Source: a bacterium (lineage in GTDB: Bacteria > Pseudomonadota > Alphaproteobacteria > Sphingomonadales > Sphingomonadaceae). Taken from it: 64,000 bases of DNA. Positions 38,091 through 46,906 of the stretch are shown here, piece by piece. Position 1 is the stretch's first letter; each line of letters begins with the position of its first letter. The translations under genes and the position numbers were made by a program. The notes beneath the pieces were generated by a model. That model worked only from the letters and a program-made list of their open reading frames with translations, had not been told where the DNA came from and made no database searches. The DNA lies in contig JAVBXL010000015.1 of assembly GCA_030824575.1 (NCBI GenBank), positions 4,034-68,033 of the forward strand. Direction: 5' to 3'.

Positions 38091-38735
38091 TTAGTGGATG
38101 AAGATGATGGCGAGAAGCGCGGGCAAGGCGAGGCCGATCGCGACCAGCGGCCAGGTGCTGGGCCGTTTTTTGGCATGAAGCTGGAGCAGGACCAGGCCGG
38201 TCAGCGCGAAGACGAAGCAGGCGATGGAGAAGATGTCGATGAACCACTTCCACACGCCGCCCGCATTGCGGCCCTTGTGCAGATCGTTGAGATAGCTGAT
38301 CCAGCCGCGGCTGGTGCTTTCGCTGGTGACGGCGCCGCTATGCCGGTCGATCGACACCCAGCCGTCGCCGCCTGGGCGGGGCAGGGCCAGGTAGATTTCG
38401 TCGGCCGACCATTCGGCATTGCCGACGCCTGCTTGTCCCACGGATTGTTCGACCCATGTCGCGACGGGCGCTGGCAGGGGCTTCTTCGCGTCGGGCGCGT
38501 CATCGGCCGCGATCTGTTTCAGCAGCGCGGCGGGCAGGGTGGCGCTTTTTTCGATGGTCTGGGGCGATGCTTCGACATCGGCGGCGTGATTGAGGGTGAT
38601 GCCGGTAAAGGCGAAGAGCAGCAGGCCGATCAGGCTGACAGCCGAACTCACCCAGTGCCAGGTATGGAGCTGCTTCATCCAGAAGGCCTTGGCGCTCTTC
38701 TTTCGGGTCGTCTGGATGCGAGCGGTTCCGTGCAT
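38091..38735 (-). CDS. PepSY-associated TM helix protein (PepSY_TM_like_2 type)
   Basis: LHTWHWVSSA, FAFTGITLNH, YLNDLHKGR, WKWFID. Confidence 0.85.
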   Translation of the reverse strand: MHGTARIQTTRKKSAKAFWMKQLHTWHWVSSAVSLIGLLLFAFTGITLNHAADVEASPQTIEKSATLPAALLKQIAADDAPDAKKPLPAPVATWVEQSVGQAGVGNAEWSADEIYLALPRPGGDGWVSIDRHSGAVTSESTSRGWISYLNDLHKGRNAGGVWKWFIDIFSIACFVFALTGLVLLQLHAKKRPSTWPLVAIGLALPALLAIIFIH

Positions 38736-38775
38736 GGGGTGGGATATGTCCTGCGCTATGATGATCCTCGCATAA

Positions 38776-38807
38776 CGCGAACGACTCGCAGTTGCAAACG
38801 AGTCGCA
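38776..38807. promoter_or_regulatory. Tandem Fur-type boxes upstream of the PepSY-DUF2271-DUF4198-apbE operon
   Basis: CGCGA-acgac-TCGCA (38776-38790) and TGCAA-acgag-TCGCA (38793-38807). Confidence 0.65.
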
Positions 38808-39014
38808 GCAGGAAAGTGTATCAAAATGTATGGACACGCCGATTGGCTGCGATGAGTGGCCCCATCCGGCCGCTCACCCGCACGCCCTTGCTATTGACGG
38901 CCATGGCCACCACCTCTAGCCGCACTGTATGCCTGATGTAACACGGATTATATGTCCGGTATGTCACGGATTTTGATGGCTGCGCGAGGGAGAGCGTGTG
39001 GCTGCTGCTAGGAC

Positions 39015-39998
39015 ATGACTATGCTATTGCCGGCCGTAGCTGCGGGAATGATGATGATCGGGACGCAGGCGGAAGCCGCCGCGCCGCAACTGGCCGTGGC
39101 CGCGGAGGTTGCAGGCGCGGTGCAGGATGCCGCGCCGTCCGTCCCGCCCGCCGCCCCGGCGCAGGCCCCCGCTGCTCCATCGCCCGCGCCGCAGGGCGAT
39201 GCGGCGCAGGATATCGTCGTCACCGGCGACAAGGGCGCGCCCAAGGGCGATCCTCTGGAGCAGCTGAACGCCAAGAGTTTCGAGGCGGTGCAGTCGGTCG
39301 ACAAAGCGGTCGTGGAACCGGTGGCCAGGGCCTATAACAAGGGCCTGCCGCGCCCGGTGCGCAAAGGGCTGCGCAATTTCTTCTCCAACCTGGGCGAACC
39401 GATCGTGGCGGCGGCCTATCTGTTGCAGTTCAAGCCGGGTAAGGCGTTCGAGACGGCCGGGCGCTTTGGCGTCAATTCGACGCTGGGCTTTGTCGGCCTG
39501 TTCGACGTTGCCAAGCGCAAGCCGTTCAACCTGCCCCATCGCGACAATGGCGTCGCCAATACGCTGGGCTTCTATGGCGTGGGGCCGGGGCCGTATATGT
39601 ATCTGCCGGTCGTCGGGCCGACCACGTTGCGCGACATCATCGGCGATACGGCGGACAAGATGATCCTGCCCTTCGCCCTGGGGGGCAAGTTTTTCAAGCC
39701 GGCCTATGTCATTCCCGCCACGATCCTGAACCAGTTGGGCGAGCGCGCCGCGTTCGACGAGACGATCACGGCGATCCGCAAGGAAGACGATCCCTATACC
39801 GTCTATAAAACGCTGTATCTGAAGCAGCGCAAGGCGGAGATCGAGGCGCTGCACGGGCGCGTGTCTGACGAACCGGTGGTGCCCATCTATGGCGACGCCC
39901 TTCGCACGCCGGGCAAGAAGGACGCGCCCAAGGTCGTGTTGCCTGATCCCTATGCGGACGATGATGCCGCTCAGCCGGCGAGCGATACGCCGCAATAA
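39015..39998 (+). CDS. mlaA: VacJ/MlaA-family protein
   Basis: DPLEQLN, GLRNFFSNLGEP, RFGVNSTLG..GLFDVA, TLGFYGVGPGPYMYLP..GPTTLRD. Confidence 0.9.
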   Translation: MTMLLPAVAAGMMMIGTQAEAAAPQLAVAAEVAGAVQDAAPSVPPAAPAQAPAAPSPAPQGDAAQDIVVTGDKGAPKGDPLEQLNAKSFEAVQSVDKAVVEPVARAYNKGLPRPVRKGLRNFFSNLGEPIVAAAYLLQFKPGKAFETAGRFGVNSTLGFVGLFDVAKRKPFNLPHRDNGVANTLGFYGVGPGPYMYLPVVGPTTLRDIIGDTADKMILPFALGGKFFKPAYVIPATILNQLGERAAFDETITAIRKEDDPYTVYKTLYLKQRKAEIEALHGRVSDEPVVPIYGDALRTPGKKDAPKVVLPDPYADDDAAQPASDTPQ

Positions 39999-40021
39999 AG
40001 GTTGCGTCAGTGCGACACAGA

Positions 40022-40056
40022 AAGGGCGTCATTCTCTTCGCGAGAATGACGCCCTT
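40022..40056. terminator. Strong hairpin between convergent mlaA and gdh (probable terminator)
   Basis: AAGGGCGTCATTCTC / GAGAATGACGCCCTT, a perfect 15-bp stem. Confidence 0.7.
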
Positions 40057-40077
40057 CTGTTGGTGGCTGAAGCATGC

Positions 40078-40144
40078 CGTGTTCCCACGCAGCGGGAACC
40101 CAGATCAGACGGTGGGACTGGGTTCCGGCCTTCGCCGGAACACG
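40078..40144. repeat. REP-like doublet (second family)
   Basis: CGTGTTCCCACGCAGCGGGAACCCAG ... CTGGGTTCCGGCCTTCGCCGGAACACG. The arms are inverted and each is itself a hairpin. Confidence 0.75.
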
Positions 40145-40152
40145 CCCGTTTT

Positions 40153-43100
40153 TTACCGTCCCAGCAGGCCGCGCGCCTGACCCGCTATTTCGGCGAGCAT
40201 TGCGACATTGGGGGTCGCGGCGGCCTTGGCGCGCTGGACCAGGGTGCGGAACTGGCGGACACGGGCACCCTTGGCCTGCAACCAGTCCTCGACATGGTTG
40301 GCGATATCCTTGCCCTTCCCCTGGGCCAGGAAATCGAGCCGGACCTGCTGCATGTCGCGGGCGACGCCGGAAATGAGCAGCCTTTCCCACGGATCGGTCG
40401 GCTCCATGCGCGCGGCGGCGGACTGCACCCAGTCGATGCCGACCGCTTCGCCCAGATGGGTGAAGGCGCGGGTGAGCGCGACTTCCTCCACGCCCATGCG
40501 CGCGGCGAGCGCGGCGATGCCGACCGCGCCGTCGAGCTTGAACAGGCCCGCCGTGCGCAGCGCCAGCGTTTCGGGCGCGCCAAGGCCGAGCAGCCGGTCG
40601 GTGACGGCGTTGGTGCGACGCTGCGCCTCGCTGGTCAGCAGGTCATCGACCTGGGCGGCCAGGGTGCCGACGCCCTTGGACAGGCGGTCATGCCCTTCGC
40701 CGGGCAGCGTCCCAGCCGGCAGGGCGCGCAATATGTCCGCGATCTGCGCGCGCATGCCGCCGGCGATGTCGCTGAACAGGGCAAGGCGGGCGCCTTCCGA
40801 CATGTCCGCCGCGTCGATATCCTCCCAGAGCGCGCGAATGTCATAGAGCCGTTCGGCGATCAGGAAGGCGCTGGCGAGGTCGGCCATCGAACAGCCTTCC
40901 TCCTCCGCCAATTCGAACGGATGGATGAGGCCAAGGCGATTGACGATGCGGTTGGCGACCTTTGTGGCGATGATCTCCTTGCGCAGCGCATGCGCGGCGA
41001 TGGCATCCGCCTCCTTCTTCTGCATCGCAGCGGGGAAGGCGGCCATCAATTCGCCGGTCATGCTATCGTCGCTGGCGAGGTCGCCATGTTCGATCGCGTC
41101 CTGCAAGGCCAGCTTGGCGGTGGAGAGCAGCACGGCCAATTCGGGGCGGGTCAGCCCCTGGCCGTCCTGGCCGCGGCGCAGCAACTGGTCGTTGGCGGCC
41201 AGTCCTTCGACCTGACGGTCGAGCCGCCCGGTTTCCTCGAACGTCTCGATCAGGCGTACATAAGAGGCAAGGTCGGCTGCGCCGCCCGCTTCGGCGATGG
41301 AGAGGCCGAGCGCCTGGAGGCGGTTATCCTCCAGCACGATCTCCCCCACCGCGTCGGTCATGCTTTCGAGCAGCGCGTTGCGCTTGTCGAAGGGAAGCCG
41401 ACCCTCGATCATCTCCTTGTTCAGGGCGATCTTGATGTTCACTTCGTTGTCCGAACAGTCCACGCCGGCCGAATTGTCGATGAAGTCGGTATTGATCCGC
41501 CCGCCATGGAGCGAGAATGCGATGCGGCCGGCCTGGGTGGTGCCGAGGTTAGCGCCTTCGCCCACGACCTTGACGCGCAACTGTTCGGCATTGACGCGCA
41601 GGCGGTCGTTGGCGGGATCGCCGACGTCGCCATGGCTTTGCGCCGCGGCCTTTACATAGGTGCCGATGCCGCCGAACCAGAGCAGGTCGGCCGGCGCCTT
41701 CAATATGGCGGAGATCAGCGCGGCCGGTTCCATTTCCGCGTCGGTGACGTCGAGCACAGCCTGCATTTGCGGCGTCAGCGCGATGCGCTTGAGGCTGCGC
41801 GAAAAGACGCCGCCGCCCTTGGAGATGAGCGCCTTGTCATAATCATCCCAACTTGAGCGGGGCAGGGCGAACATACGGTTGCGCTCCTCCCAGCTTTTTG
41901 CCGGATCGGGCGCGGGATCGAAGAAGATATGGCGATGGTCGAACGCGGCGACCAGTTTGATCGCCTTGCTGAGCAACATGCCGTTGCCAAACACGTCGCC
42001 CGACATGTCGCCGCAGCCCACGACGCTGACCGGTTCGTTCTGCACGTCCACGCCCATTTCGGCGAAGTGGCGCTGGACCGAAATCCAGGCACCCTTGGCG
42101 GTGATGCCCATCGCTTTGTGATCGTAACCGTTGGAGCCGCCGCTGGCGAAGGCGTCGCCCAGCCAGAAGTCGCGTTCCAGCGCGATCGCGTTGGCGATGT
42201 CGGAGAAGGTGGCGGTGCCCTTGTCGGCGGCGACCACGAAATAGGGATCGTCGCCATCATGGATAACGACGTCAGCCGGGTGCTTCACCTTGTTCTTCAC
42301 GATATTGTCCGTGATCGACAGCAAAGACCGGATAAAGATGCGATAGCTTTCGGTGCCTTCCGCCAGCCAGGCGTCGCGATCGACCTGGGGGCTGGGCAAT
42401 TGCTTGGGATAGAAGCCGCCCTTCGCACCCGTCGGCACGATCACGGCGTTCTTCACTCGCTGCGCCTTCATCAGGCCCAGGACTTCGGTGCGGAAGTCGT
42501 CACGCCGGTCGGACCAGCGCAGGCCACCACGGGCGACCGGGCCAGCGCGCAGGTGGATGCCCTCCACGCGGGGGGAATAGACCCAGATTTCGCGCCAGGG
42601 GAGCGGCGCGGGCAGGCCGGGCACAGCCACGCTGTCGAGCTTGAACGCCAAAGCTTCCTGCGCCGCGGGGGCATAGAAATTGGTGCGTAGCGTGGCGGTG
42701 ATGACGGCGCGCAGCAGGCGCAGCACGCGGTCCTCATCGATTGCGGTGACCTGCTCCAGGCCCGCTTCGATTTCCGCCTGAGCCTGGGCGATGCGGTCGT
42801 CCGCGCCATCCCGTGCCGCCGGATCGTGCAGCGCTTCGAACAGACTGATGAGGTTGGCGGTCACGCCCTGCGCCTTGCGCAGCGTTTCGGCGAAGGTCGC
42901 CATGCCGTAGGCGACGCCGGTCTGGCGCAGATAGCGGTAGAGCGCGCGGAACAGCACGACCGAGCGCGGCGACAGGCTGGCGGTGACGATCAGTTCGTTG
43001 AACCGGTCGTTTTCGGCGCGTCCTTCGAGCACTTGGGCGATCGCTTCGGTCACGATTTCGGCGCGGGCGATGACAGGCTGCGCATCGCCGCCGGCAGGCA

Positions 43101-44817
43101 ATTCCAGCACGAAGCGCTGAACATGGCCGAGCGCGCCGCCATCGATGGCGGTGGTCATTTCCTCGATCACGCGGAAACCGAAATTCTCGAACACCGGCAC
43201 CACTTCGGACAGGGCGACGGTATGGCTGCTATAGAGTTTGAGCCGCAAGCGTTCGCTGCTGTCTTCCGCATTGCGGTAGACGCGGATCGATTTGTCGACG
43301 TCACCCGACAGGCCGTGCAGCAGGCGGATGTCGATCGCGGCCTCGACCGGGCCAGCGCCGTTGCGATAGGCGAGCGGGAAGCCGGGGGCGAAACGCTGCG
43401 CCAGCGCGGCGGCGCGGCCGCCTTCCTCGGTTTCGGCCAGCGCTTCCTCGACGGCAGGCACCCAGCCGCGCACCATCTGCTTGAGTTGTCGGTCGAGCGC
43501 GGCGTCATCGGGCACCACGCCGCCTTCGCGCAGGTCGAGCGTGATGCGCAGCAGCGCCAGGCCGCCTTCTTCCAGCGCGATCGACCAGCTGAGCACCGGG
43601 CCGTTCGCTGCCTGCGCCAGCATGTCCTGCACCGCCACGCGGCGGGCAGTCGACAGTTCGTCGCGCGGTAGCCAGACGAAGGCGTAGAGATGGCGGGCGA
43701 GCGCGCTGGTGGCGAGCGCCAGCTTGGGGCGCGGCCGGTCGGTCAGCGACATGAAGGTCAGCGCCAGCCGCTCCAGCGTTTCGCGGTCGAAGCCAATGGT
43801 GATGTCGTGCGGCAGGGCGGTCAGCGCATGGGCCAGCGTCTTGCCGGCATGGCCGAGCGGATCGAAGCCGAATTTGTCCATCAGGGTCGAGAGCGCCGAG
43901 CGGAGCAGCGGCACCTTGTCCGGGGTCGCCGACAGGCCAGTGCTGGTCCACATCCCGGCGTGGATCGACAGCGCCTTGACTTCCTTGCCCTCCCGAACCG
44001 GAATGATGACCAGATCCAGCAGCACCAGGCGATGCACGCGCGAAATGCGGCTGGACTTGATGATGAGCGGGGTGCGCTTGCCTTCCTCGAACCAGGTAAA
44101 GGCAGCCTCCAGCGAGGCGGGCGCGATCAGCGGCTTGTCATGGCGGGTGCAGATGCCGAGCGGCGTGCTGCTGCTGCCGTCGCGATGCAGCATCTCATGG
44201 CCGGTCTGGGTGAAATGTCGGGCCAGGAACCAGCGCAGCAGCGCCGCGCCTTCCTCGTCCGGCACGGCATCCGCATCTGCGGCCATGGCCGATTGCATCT
44301 TGGGCCAGTCCACCACGGCGGCGCGGACGTCCGCCAGCGTCTCCTGCAACGCCTTTTCGAGGGCGCGGCGCGCCTTTGCGTCGGCGCGGTCGGTTTCGAC
44401 ATAGATCATGGATTCGCGCCGCGCGCCGGCCGTGTCGTCATCCAATATCGCGGACAGCGCACCGTCCCCGTCGCGCGTCACCGACAGAACGGGATGGAAC
44501 AGGCGATGGATGGTGATGTCGGCGGCTGCCAGCGCATTGGCGATCGAATCGACCAGGAACGGCATGTCGTCATTGACGATGGCAAGGCGCATGAATCGGC
44601 CATTGGCGCCTTCGCCCAGCGTTTCGACCATGATCGCGGCCTGGCCCGGCTTGCGGCCATTGGCGGTGCGCGCCAGGAAAGCGGCGGCGGCGGCCAGTGC
44701 GGCCGCGTCAAATCCCTCGCTTTCGCCCGGCAGGGCACCCCGGCTGAGGGCACCTTCGAGTGCCTCACGGATGCCGTTGTCAACGTCCTTGTTCTTCGCT
44801 TCCGCCAGCGCCGTCAT
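40153..44817 (-). CDS. gdhB: Large NAD-specific glutamate dehydrogenase (GdhB/GdhZ type)
   Basis: About 1555 aa. DDMPFLVDS, VARGGLRWSDRRDDFRTE, KNAVIVPTGAKGGF, VVAADKGTATFSD, GDMSGDVFGNGML, DNSAGVDCSD. Confidence 0.96.
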   Translation of the reverse strand: MTALAEAKNKDVDNGIREALEGALSRGALPGESEGFDAAALAAAAAFLARTANGRKPGQAAIMVETLGEGANGRFMRLAIVNDDMPFLVDSIANALAAADITIHRLFHPVLSVTRDGDGALSAILDDDTAGARRESMIYVETDRADAKARRALEKALQETLADVRAAVVDWPKMQSAMAADADAVPDEEGAALLRWFLARHFTQTGHEMLHRDGSSSTPLGICTRHDKPLIAPASLEAAFTWFEEGKRTPLIIKSSRISRVHRLVLLDLVIIPVREGKEVKALSIHAGMWTSTGLSATPDKVPLLRSALSTLMDKFGFDPLGHAGKTLAHALTALPHDITIGFDRETLERLALTFMSLTDRPRPKLALATSALARHLYAFVWLPRDELSTARRVAVQDMLAQAANGPVLSWSIALEEGGLALLRITLDLREGGVVPDDAALDRQLKQMVRGWVPAVEEALAETEEGGRAAALAQRFAPGFPLAYRNGAGPVEAAIDIRLLHGLSGDVDKSIRVYRNAEDSSERLRLKLYSSHTVALSEVVPVFENFGFRVIEEMTTAIDGGALGHVQRFVLELPAGGDAQPVIARAEIVTEAIAQVLEGRAENDRFNELIVTASLSPRSVVLFRALYRYLRQTGVAYGMATFAETLRKAQGVTANLISLFEALHDPAARDGADDRIAQAQAEIEAGLEQVTAIDEDRVLRLLRAVITATLRTNFYAPAAQEALAFKLDSVAVPGLPAPLPWREIWVYSPRVEGIHLRAGPVARGGLRWSDRRDDFRTEVLGLMKAQRVKNAVIVPTGAKGGFYPKQLPSPQVDRDAWLAEGTESYRIFIRSLLSITDNIVKNKVKHPADVVIHDGDDPYFVVAADKGTATFSDIANAIALERDFWLGDAFASGGSNGYDHKAMGITAKGAWISVQRHFAEMGVDVQNEPVSVVGCGDMSGDVFGNGMLLSKAIKLVAAFDHRHIFFDPAPDPAKSWEERNRMFALPRSSWDDYDKALISKGGGVFSRSLKRIALTPQMQAVLDVTDAEMEPAALISAILKAPADLLWFGGIGTYVKAAAQSHGDVGDPANDRLRVNAEQLRVKVVGEGANLGTTQAGRIAFSLHGGRINTDFIDNSAGVDCSDNEVNIKIALNKEMIEGRLPFDKRNALLESMTDAVGEIVLEDNRLQALGLSIAEAGGAADLASYVRLIETFEETGRLDRQVEGLAANDQLLRRGQDGQGLTRPELAVLLSTAKLALQDAIEHGDLASDDSMTGELMAAFPAAMQKKEADAIAAHALRKEIIATKVANRIVNRLGLIHPFELAEEEGCSMADLASAFLIAERLYDIRALWEDIDAADMSEGARLALFSDIAGGMRAQIADILRALPAGTLPGEGHDRLSKGVGTLAAQVDDLLTSEAQRRTNAVTDRLLGLGAPETLALRTAGLFKLDGAVGIAALAARMGVEEVALTRAFTHLGEAVGIDWVQSAAARMEPTDPWERLLISGVARDMQQVRLDFLAQGKGKDIANHVEDWLQAKGARVRQFRTLVQRAKAAATPNVAMLAEIAGQARGLLGR

Positions 44818-45129
44818 TCGCTCACCTCTCAACGCGGTTCTAACCGCTTCGATCTTAACGGAGGAGGTGCTGGATCGCCGCCATGCGACTCCTCGGCTTT
44901 AGGAGCGCCTATATGCCCCCGGCCGGGAGTCGGCTCAACCCTTGGGGGAAATAAAATTTCTGACTCTTGAAATTAAATGACGATACCCATCGCGGCCCGC
45001 GCGGAGGGCGCGGGGCCTGTCATCAGGGGCGACTATCGACCAGCCGACACCGCATGTCGAGCGTCGATGTGACGCGATTTTCAGCATTTTCCCATGGATG
45101 CCGGACGCGGCGCGGAGGGAGATACCGTG

Positions 45130-46440
45130 TCAGCGCGCGGCGGCACTGATGACCCGCTGGTTAAGGTCGCTATCTTCCGGCAGCGCGGCGACGATCGCCA
45201 GCGTGCCGTCGGCCTCGCGACGGGCGATGACGACGGCCAGGCCGTCCGCATCGGTGGTGACTGCGACCGGATCGAGCGCTGCGGCGGCCTTGACCGTATC
45301 GCGGGCGATCTGCCGTCGATCGGGCTTGGCCGGCTTCTGCGACCGGCGCAGCGCCCGTTCGTCCCGCACCAGCGCCTTCAACCCGCCGGCATAAGCGGAT
45401 AGATAGGCGGCGAGCGATCCGACGCTGAGGCCGGCAGCCAGCGCATGTTCAAGCGCGGTGGCATATTCGGTAATGCGCGTCTTGTCATAGGTCGCGCCGA
45501 AGACCAGTTTGATAACCGCGGTCATGGGGCTGCGCGCCTGCGCCTTGATACCATAATCGTGCAGCAGTTCGGCATAGTCGTCGGGGCGAACCTGCGCGAC
45601 CTGGGCGAAGTCGTAGGACAGGCTGACGGCGCGGTAGAGGGCGGCGTGGCTGCGCGCTTCGCTGATGCGCACGCGCGCAGCGCCGTCACGGGCAAGCGCG
45701 AGCCAGTCGGCGAGCGGGGCGTCCTGCGTCGGGCATTCCATGCCGGCCAGGTCGAGCGTGTCGTCCTCATCCTCCTCGATGTCGAACGCCAGGCTGTTGC
45801 TCTGCTGATCGGCGGCCGGGCCGTCGGCCCAGATCGGCGCGGCGTCGCGCGTGGTGGGCGCGCTGCGCATCGCTTCGTCGACTTCCAGTTCCAGCGCTTC
45901 GGACAGGCTGCGGCTGGCCAGTTCCTTCCAGTTGATGACGCCGAATACGAAGTCGATCGTCTCGTCATCGGAGGAGAAGGGCATCAATATGCCGCGATAC
46001 ATGATCTCTGCGCCGCGCTGGTTGACGAATTCGGCTTCGAAGCCGATCGGCGCGGCATTGGCGATGATCTGCAGATAATGGTCCGTCAGGCGGGACAGCA
46101 GCGAGCGGGCGGGGACGTCATCGATATAGTCGATGGTCCCCTCTATTTCACATTCCGCGCGCAGGGCGGTGCCGAGATAGACGATGGCGGGATTATCCAT
46201 GCCGACGCTAAAGTCGAGCAGCACCGCATGCGGCCCGAAATCCTCCAGTTGGTCGGGATTCAAATCCTCGATCGAGGGCAGGACGCGATCGCCCAGCAGC
46301 GACGCCCAATAATTATAAGCGCGCACCTGCATGCGCCGCTCGTCGGAAATGACGGCAGGCGGCGTTTCGATCAGCGCATCGCCGGCATAGTCGAAATCGT
46401 CCTCGTCATTGGCGGCATCATGCCCCCGCAGAGTGTCCAT
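45130..46440 (-). CDS. Conserved hypothetical protein with PAS-like N-terminal domain
   Basis: ERRMQVRAYNYW..L....PSIEDL, SLLSRLTDHY, APIGFEAEF, YRGILMPFSSD...IDFV.GVINWK. Confidence 0.75.
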   Translation of the reverse strand: MDTLRGHDAANDEDDFDYAGDALIETPPAVISDERRMQVRAYNYWASLLGDRVLPSIEDLNPDQLEDFGPHAVLLDFSVGMDNPAIVYLGTALRAECEIEGTIDYIDDVPARSLLSRLTDHYLQIIANAAPIGFEAEFVNQRGAEIMYRGILMPFSSDDETIDFVFGVINWKELASRSLSEALELEVDEAMRSAPTTRDAAPIWADGPAADQQSNSLAFDIEEDEDDTLDLAGMECPTQDAPLADWLALARDGAARVRISEARSHAALYRAVSLSYDFAQVAQVRPDDYAELLHDYGIKAQARSPMTAVIKLVFGATYDKTRITEYATALEHALAAGLSVGSLAAYLSAYAGGLKALVRDERALRRSQKPAKPDRRQIARDTVKAAAALDPVAVTTDADGLAVVIARREADGTLAIVAALPEDSDLNQRVISAAAR

Positions 46441-46591
46441 CCGATCGTCCTACCTCAGGTCAAAATACTATTCCGAGACTCGACAGTGGCACGGGATGGT
46501 AAATTTCGTGTAAACAGGGCGGGCGTGATCGGGCGACAGGAGGCGGGTGCGGCGTGGGCCGAAAAAAGGGGCAGAAGCGGGAAATGCCCGC

Positions 46592-46620
46592 TTGTCCTTC
46601 GCCGCGTCCGCTGTTATCTG
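46592..46620 (+). promoter_or_regulatory. Putative sigma70 promoter of tRNA-Thr
   Basis: TTGTCC-17 bp-TATCTG, ending 11 bp before the tRNA. Confidence 0.55.
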
Positions 46621-46631
46621 CCCGCCCGAAC

Positions 46632-46707
46632 GCCGCTTTAGCTCAGTTGGTAGAGCATCGCATTCGTAATGCGGGGGTCACAGGTTCGAGTCCTGTAAGC
46701 GGCACCA
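46632..46707 (+). tRNA. tRNA-Thr (anticodon CGT), integration target
   Basis: GCCGCTTTAGCTCAGTTGGTAGAGCATCGCATTCGTAATGCGGGGGTCACAGGTTCGAGTCCTGTAAGCGGCACCA, 76-nt cloverleaf with CCA. Confidence 0.96.
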
Positions 46708-46821
46708 GTACCCCCTCCGCCAGCATCCGTTCAGGGTTGAAAAAACGGCGGGAATCTGCTAAAAATTTGCTCTTTCCGGTCGGGTGCGTTCGCCGCCGTC
46801 CACCCCCATCCGTGCCCCGCA

Positions 46822-46872
46822 GGGGGTATTTTTGTGGGGGTATGACCCCAAGGCGCGAATCTCGATACCCCC
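46822..46872. repeat. Putative integrase arm-binding sites
   Basis: GGGGGTAT direct repeats at 46822-46829 and 46836-46843, inverted copy ATACCCCC at 46865-46872, plus TACCCCC just after the tRNA. Confidence 0.65.
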
Positions 46873-46906
46873 TGAAGCGATTTGTAGCAGATGGGATGAC
46901 ATCGCA

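Noticed and set aside
38942-38972. CACGGATT direct repeat upstream of mlaA as a regulator site
   Set aside because: Only two 8-mers with a 23-bp period; insufficient to assign.
39889-44970. Plus-strand ORFs opposite gdh
   Set aside because: Shadow frames of a well-supported gene.
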